A stretch of DNA of 64,000 nucleotides from Trichoplax adhaerens (taxonomy: Eukaryota > Animalia > Placozoa). Shown piece after piece: positions 57,012-64,000 of this stretch (position 1 is the first letter of the stretch; each line of letters starts with the position of its first letter). A program made the position numbers and the translations under genes. Under the pieces are notes generated by a model. The model saw only the letters and a program-made list of their open reading frames with translations, ran no database searches and was not told where the DNA came from. The stretch covers positions 5,440,336 to 5,504,335 of the forward strand of contig NW_002060948.1 in assembly GCF_000150275.1 (NCBI RefSeq), given 5' to 3'.

Positions 57012-58076
57012 CTATTTGATACTTTGAACTTTGGTCGGTTTAACACGACTTATGATACGAACACGACGAATACTTCTTCTCCAAATTCGGCCACCTTCCT
57101 TTCTCAAACTTAATGTATAAAAGTAGTAAATGATTGGATTAATAGTAATATGAGCATACAAAAGCACTTTCAAAGTATTTAATATATCCACAGATACGAA
57201 AGATGGATTTCCAAGTTGGACCATGTAGGATATGGTATAAGGTAGCCAACAGAAGGAAAAAATACCAATAATAATCGCCATTTGCTGGATTGCTTTTTTA
57301 TTCCTTTTTAAATTGGCTTGTTTAACATGAGGCATAATGGTGATCACTAATTTGGCTCTCGAATAGACTAAACACATAATGGCAATATATAAAATGATGA
57401 TACAGAGTAATGGAAGAAAGATGATAATGACCAAGAGGAAAGTAGCTAGCACTGCTGTATTAGCCGAGCGATGGATAAAACAAATTTGATCGGATAAAAT
57501 GTTGGCATAGATACTACCAACCAGAGTAAAAGCTAATATCCATAGCAGGATAATGGCTACAGTTAATTTTTTGGTAGTGATGAGGTATGGATATCGTATA
57601 GGATAAGCTACTCGTAAATACTTGTCAGCACTAATCAAGATCATGTGTAAATTATAGTTGAGCATGAGTGATTGAGAAAGAACGATAAAGATGGCGCAAG
57701 ATGGATAACGATAGGTGGTATGACTGAAGAACCAGCCATAACATGTGATTAAGTATACACCAAAGGCAGCACCAACAATTAATAGACTGGATAAAGCAGT
57801 ATTGGAAGAGATATGGCGTAGTTTTCGATCACAAGCAATAAATACCAAGATGATTACATTGGTTAAAATAGACAATCCACCTAAAGTAACGTTAATTAAG
57901 CTAAAAGTCAATGAATTCCACCGTGGAGCATGGCTATACTCGATAGTACTGAATGTAGTTTGATTCACAAGCATGATGTTGATGGCGCTACTTGATTGCC
58001 AAGACTTGACCAAACTGGGAAAGAAAATGGATTCTGTAGCGTTTATATTACTCAATATAGTATTACTTGCATCCAC
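57012..58076 (-). CDS. Intronless class A GPCR (start uncertain: GTG 58076 or ATG 57974)
   Basis: TM1 LTNVII, SADKY at the DRY position, CWLPY and NPIIY. TM6 IIGIFSFCW is shared with the GPCR at 25108-26115. Confidence 0.9.
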   Translation of the reverse strand: MDASNTILSNINATESIFFPSLVKSWQSSSAINIMLVNQTTFSTIEYSHAPRWNSLTFSLINVTLGGLSILTNVIILVFIACDRKLRHISSNTALSSLLIVGAAFGVYLITCYGWFFSHTTYRYPSCAIFIVLSQSLMLNYNLHMILISADKYLRVAYPIRYPYLITTKKLTVAIILLWILAFTLVGSIYANILSDQICFIHRSANTAVLATFLLVIIIFLPLLCIIILYIAIMCLVYSRAKLVITIMPHVKQANLKRNKKAIQQMAIIIGIFSFCWLPYTISYMVQLGNPSFVSVDILNTLKVLLYAHITINPIIYYFYTLSLRKEGGRIWRRSIRRVRIISRVKPTKVQSIK

Positions 58077-58299
58077 GATCGATATTAGTATTCTTTCTCA
58101 ACGGCCAGAGTCGAATAAATGAATTATTTACCAAACCAATTAATTAGCAAAGAAATCACTGTATTAAGGATAAGGATACAACAAGATGAACGCAATAGGA
58201 TAAGTAGAGTTAACTTTATGAAGTAGCATGGACGAGAATTTGACCTTGGCTTCTTAAAATGCTATACGAGTTATATGCTACTATCTTGCATAAAATTTC

Positions 58300-59950
58300 A
58301 ATACGTTTATTCTTTCTAGAAAATGGGGATTTAGTATTTATTCAAGGAAAAGTTAGCTGATCGTCTTAGAATATTGGTGCGACAGAATAATTGGATTGGT
58401 AGAATTGTCTTCAGGGATCATGGACAAAAAGAAAAGAGGAAGAGATTTCGATTTGTTATAATAGACTGCTACCTTGCCTAAAAAATATCAGTTCGCTAGT
58501 ATTCTTATCCAGAAACAGAATAATTAAATGGGTAGAGCTGACTCCAAGGATTATGGACGAAAAGAAAAAATGGAAGAGATTTCGATTTACTATCACGGAC
58601 TGCTACCTTGCCTAAAACTACCAAACTCTCGATGATTCTTTTCCTGAAAATGTGGATTCAGTATTTAAAGAAAAAGTTAGATGATCATCTCAAGATATTG
58701 ATGCTACAGAATCATTAGAAGAGTAGAATGATCTTCAAGAATCATGGATGATAATTTACTTTCAGCTTTCTTCTAATTTTGCCAATATCGACTGTATACC
58801 TGTCATCCAATAGGAAAGAAAGAGAAAAAGATTTCGATAGTGGACTGCTACCTAGGCAAAAACTATCAAGGCTCGTTGTCTTTTCCGGAAAATCTGAACC
58901 CAGTATCAACTCCCCCAAAATTTCAGCCAAAAATAACTATTCAATTGATATGAATTCGATAGATTGGATGCAATTAAATAAGTAGATCTGTCTTCAAGTA
59001 ACATAAATAATAATTTATTTTCATTTAAAATTACCGATATTGCTAGTAATGTCTATCTTGTAGAACAACGGAAGGAGGAAAAGAAGCGATTTCTTTTTCG
59101 TTATAATGTGTTACTACTTTACTTAATATTAATGCTAGTCTTCTTTCCCACCGAATCTATATTCAGGATAAATATAAAAAGTAACTTTTAACTAAGAATT
59201 ACTGTTTTATGGAGATTGTTACGACAGAATGGATGGGAAGAGAAGAGTAAATTTGTCTTCGAGTAGTATCAACAATGGTTTACCTTCTTTTAAAACGATC
59301 GATACTGCCAATAAGGTCTATCTTGCCGAATAACAGAAGGAGTAAAAGAAACGACTTCTTTTTCGCTATAATGTGGTACTACCTTGCCTATAATATTAAT
59401 GCTAGTCTTCTTTCCCACAGAATCTGCGTTCAGAATAAATTTAAAAAGCAACTTTTAGCTAAGAATAACTATCCTATCGTTAATGATATGATGGATATAT
59501 AATGCAGTACTACCTTGCCCAAAATATCAATGCTAGTCTTCTTTCCGCAGAATCTAAATTCAGGATAAATTCAAAAAGCAACTTTAAGCTAAGAAGAATC
59601 GTCCTATCGATATTAATACAACAGAATGGATGCAATGGGATGACTAGACTTTAAGTAGCACAAATGACGATTTATATTCTTCTAAAATGACCAATATTGC
59701 CAATAATGTAAATCTTGTAGAATGACAGTATTAAGCAGGAAGCGATTTCTTTTCGCTATAATATAGTACTACCTTGCCCAAAATATCAAGGCTAGTCTTC
59801 TTTTCCACACAATCTGAATGCTAGATATAATCAAAAAAAGTTACCACTCTTAGCTAAGAGTAAACTGTCCTATCGATATTAATACCACAGAATGAACGCA
59901 ATGAGATGAGTAAAGTTGTCTTTAAATGGGCGATAATTTTACTTTAGCCT
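58300..59950. repeat. Diverged tandem array (alternating about 130-270 bp spacing) upstream of the third GPCR
   Basis: Recurrent CTACCTTGCC(Y)AAAA...GCTAGTCTTCTTT anchors near 58468, 58602, 58847, 59378, 59509 and 59768. Confidence 0.8.
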
Positions 59951-61769
59951 TCTTCTACAATAATCAACATGGACAGTAATGGACATCGAGCACAAAGCGA
60001 TATCAAACAGCGAGAAAAGAAAATTCCCTTTGCCTGTTGTATACCGATATTTGGAATGGTAGATCAATGATATAGCATCAATCTTAATGATCCTATTTGG
60101 GCTAGAAAGCAAATATAGATTATGTACAGGTATAAAACCCTATAAAATGAAGTTTTTTGAATGATAAACATGCAGTGATTATAAACGACATTATTCTTTT
60201 GTGGCTTTCTTAATAGACAGAATGGTCAATTATGGTCATTTTTCTCGGTCTCTATTACAATAGTCCAAGTACAATATTATATAATCAATGATGAATGGTG
60301 CTCTTATTTTAACTCTATTTCTTGAATAGCACCAAATAAAGTGATAGGAGAGCTATAAATCAGTAACATTTTTTAAGCGGTTGATATTTTATCCCTATCG
60401 ATCAAGAATGGAGCGTAGTATTGATTATCATCTCGGGAGGAAAGAATAACATGATTAAAAGAGAGAAAGGAAATCAAGGATGAAAAATTTACATTAGTCT
60501 TGAACTTGCAACCGATACGATGACGACATAATTGCATCTATGGAATAGAACTGCTCGTTATGGACAATTGATCCATATTGCAAAACGAATTGAGGTTGGG
60601 CAACGCCTTCATATTAAATAAAGCAAGAAAATTGTTGAGGTTAATTGCTTTGTTAGTATTGAAAAAAAAGATCGAATAGAGAGAATTATTATTGCTTTGA
60701 ATAATAGTAAAATAAATAATAAAAAACCAACAAACAATTTCTATTCAAATCCTTGCATCAATAAGAATATCTCTTTTCATAATCCTAATCTAATACTAGA
60801 GAGTCTTAATAAAAAAAATCTACTTTCATTTTCGTCCAATCAATGTAAAAAATGGAGTAGCATTATATCGTTATTGTCTCATCAAAATTAGCATCGACTT
60901 TGATTTATTAAAGCAACGCTTATGCGATAGAGTTGATGGTGTTATTCATCCTTAGGTTAGAATTTCCTCCATAAAGGAGCGAGGATAGAAATTATTCTAT
61001 ATCAATTCATATCAATTTTAACACTACATTATATGGATTTATATCATGATCAATACCTATACCTTTTTCCTTCAGGTCATTGCATGATGGCCATTACTTA
61101 TGATTAGCAATAAGTGCTTACAACATTAGTCATCGCTAATTCAATCATTTTTTTATAATATCAATTTAATCCATATTGAATACATGAAAACACAGTAAAA
61201 TATCCGACAAAAATAGCAACGATAGTAAAAATAAAGATTGCATTTAGATCATTATAATTTCATATTCAAAGATTAAGCTATTCTAGCCGCCAATAATGAA
61301 TATCAATCACTAACACAGAGGAGAAAATTCCTTCAAATAACAGTCTGAAACTGTCACCTAGAAATCATTACAATAATATGAGCGATACTTAACCCCATCA
61401 TTTCTTATTCGATAAACTATTAAATGATCAATTCGTTAATAGGAATTTAGCTGTGAAATAAATCTCATCGGTAGTCATGGCGTAGGCCTGAAATGATATA
61501 TATTTTATTCTAAAAATTGAATAATGATTTAATAAAGAAGTCATTCGTCTTGATAGAAAACCTATTTGAAGAAAGGCGATGGGTATTTATTGTTTTATAA
61601 AAGTGAATGATGATTCTATTATTAGGGTATTAGTGCTTGAAATTAAGCAGATTACATGTTATAACATATGTATTAACCATTTCCAAGCTGATAATTTCTA
61701 TCATAATTCCATTATTATGGTAGTAGCCCTGAAAAAGTAAATCAAAAGTCTTGAAGCAGGCGTAAATTA

Positions 61770-62800
61770 TTTGTTTTATCGGATAACTTTTTATCAATTA
61801 TTCCATCAATATCAAGCTAGTCTGAAATAAAATAAAACTGAAATCATGAAATAGGTATGCAGCAATCATTTTATATTGGATAAGCTATGATATCGATCTC
61901 ATCATTATACAAATTAGCCTTGGAATAAGTCTGATCAGTAGTAAACTAATAACATAAGAATGTATCAATCACAGTAATCATTTTATGTTGGATAAGCTTT
62001 GATAATGATCTCTTTAATATATGATTAGCCTTAGAATAAGTCTGGTCAAAAGTAAAATAATTGCTTAAGAATGAATCAATCATTTCGGTTAGACCCATTT
62101 TGCAATAATTGCATAGTTATGAAGCTAATTCGAAATAAAACTAAGCAGAAATAGTAAAGTACTAGATAGATATAGATTAATTATGTTATATAGATAAACT
62201 TGATAAAACTTCCACCAATATACAATAAATCTTGAAATATGATTGGTCGGAAATAATGAGCTACTATTGGTAGACGGATCAATCACTTTTTGTTGCATAA
62301 ATTTTGTAATTATTTTATCTGTATAAACATAGCTCAAACTAAAACTGATCTGAAACAGTGATGTAGATCAGAGGCTGCTAAGACTAAATCCATTTTGTAA
62401 TTATTTCATCACTGTGAAGCTAGCTTAAAATAAAATGGATCAGAACTAACAACGTAGATATATATATCTATTAGTTTATATTGGATAAACTTGCTATCAA
62501 TTTCATCATTATGCAACTAGACTTGAAATCAAATTGGTCAAAAGTATGACAGTTGGTTAATATCAATTCCTATTTGGTGAAAATATTGGATAACTATTCC
62601 ATCAAGATACTATACCCTTAAAATGAACTAATTAGAAGTATTCTTATTGATTAGATAAACTTGATAACAATTTCATCTGGATACTAATAAAGATTCCATC
62701 AAGATACTCTTATCCTTGAAATAAAAAAGCTTAAAAATATTGATATACTGTACATGAACATCAACTGTTTTTTGAACGGATAAACTGATGGCTACTGTAT
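61770..62800. repeat. Highly diverged tandem repeat, about 110-200 bp units
   Basis: Recurrent TTTATATTGGATAARCT-like anchors near 61780, 61870, 61982, 62190, 62476, 62645 and 62775. Confidence 0.6.
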
Positions 62801-64000
62801 CATAATACTTTTGAAATTGAATTGATTGGAAGTATCAGACAGGCATGTATCATCAGCAGTTTATCATATCAAATGAACTTCTTAACAAGATAAAGAATTG
62901 AATCCTTTCAGAAGGTCATGAACGAATAATTTAATTATAGGATAGCTAAATATTGTTTCTTGATTGTGAAAGGTTTACGAAATCATTTTCCCACTAACAG
63001 AATGAAATTTTAATACACTGCCGTACTAGTACAGATCTGCGGCAATCCTTAGTCCAGATATACATAATTGAAGTATATACATGATATTTATGAGAATAAT
63101 ATTACTCCTATGAAGGAAAGCGATCATTTTGAATTACTAATCTAAAATTATAAAATACTTTTTTTGCTTATCATATGTACTCGTATAAGCCTTAAATATA
63201 ACAAAAGTTTTTCTTATTGGTCAATATTTAATTTCTATATTTTTTTTAATATTCTTACACTACACTGCTACTGGTCAAGATCGAATTAATAAGTAAATCC
63301 TCCCTGCACTTGATGATCATTATCCTAATAGTATAGTCTATGGAGTTAATTATCTGACCGAATTAAACGCTCAAAAGGGATTAGTCATAATATACGATAG
63401 TTTACAATAAAAATATCCTTAGGTAGTAATTCTACCATCAAAATATTGTTATCACCGTCGAATAAAGTCACTGCATTATGGAATAAGCACAATGTAAGAA
63501 TAACCAATGACTTTAATAGATCAGTTTTAAGAAAAATAAATAAATTCTTGTTTTTATATATATAATGTATTATAATCACTTCCCAATGTATTAATGTCAT
63601 CATGGAAAATATCCAATTTTTTATCCAGACACAATTCAATCATGAATAGAGGTAGAAATAAACAGCTTGTTAATAATTTTTAATCGATAGCTATGTCGAT
63701 AAAGTTTTACAATGAAGACTATGCTATAAGTTGATGATTTATTTACAGTGTTTTAACTGCTTTTCATCATTTATGAAATTTTAAGAACCCCCTTTAGACA
63801 GCTAGCCTTACTTCGATTTTAAATAGCGTACATGAATATGTAATTATCTTGCTTTAAAGATCTAATGATCAATTTTTACTTCTCCTAATTTTTCAAGATT
63901 ACCATGATTACAATACCGCATAGACTTACTGGAATTTAATAAAACACCTGCCTCTAGTGTAAACTATGGCTAGTGATAACAATGAATTAGTTTATTATCG

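Overview
AT-rich eukaryotic (animal) genomic DNA with short GT-AG introns. The compact housekeeping genes plus single-exon rhodopsin-type GPCRs suggest a placozoan such as Trichoplax (inference, not verified). The window has two halves. The gene-dense part (1-20.3 kb) holds the 3' end of an SFI1-like Trp-repeat gene (+), DDI1/2 (-), LRRC34 (+), PEX14 (-), PSMC2/RPT1 (+) and an intronless PAQR (-). I rebuilt the exon chains by hand and they stay in frame. The gene-poor part (25-64 kb) holds three intronless class A GPCRs, a possible GPCR relic, a hAT-like MITE, solo-LTR-like elements and several diverged tandem repeats. Most worth following up: (i) a structured non-coding island between DDI1 and LRRC34 with a perfect hairpin, a pseudoknot option and a telomere-template-like octamer (speculative telomerase RNA); (ii) a modular palindrome array in the PEX14/PSMC2 bidirectional promoter; (iii) TACAG/TACTG pentamer clusters marking the housekeeping promoters; (iv) a PAQR that has lost most of its zinc-site residues. 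No tRNA, rRNA or CRISPR array was recognised.
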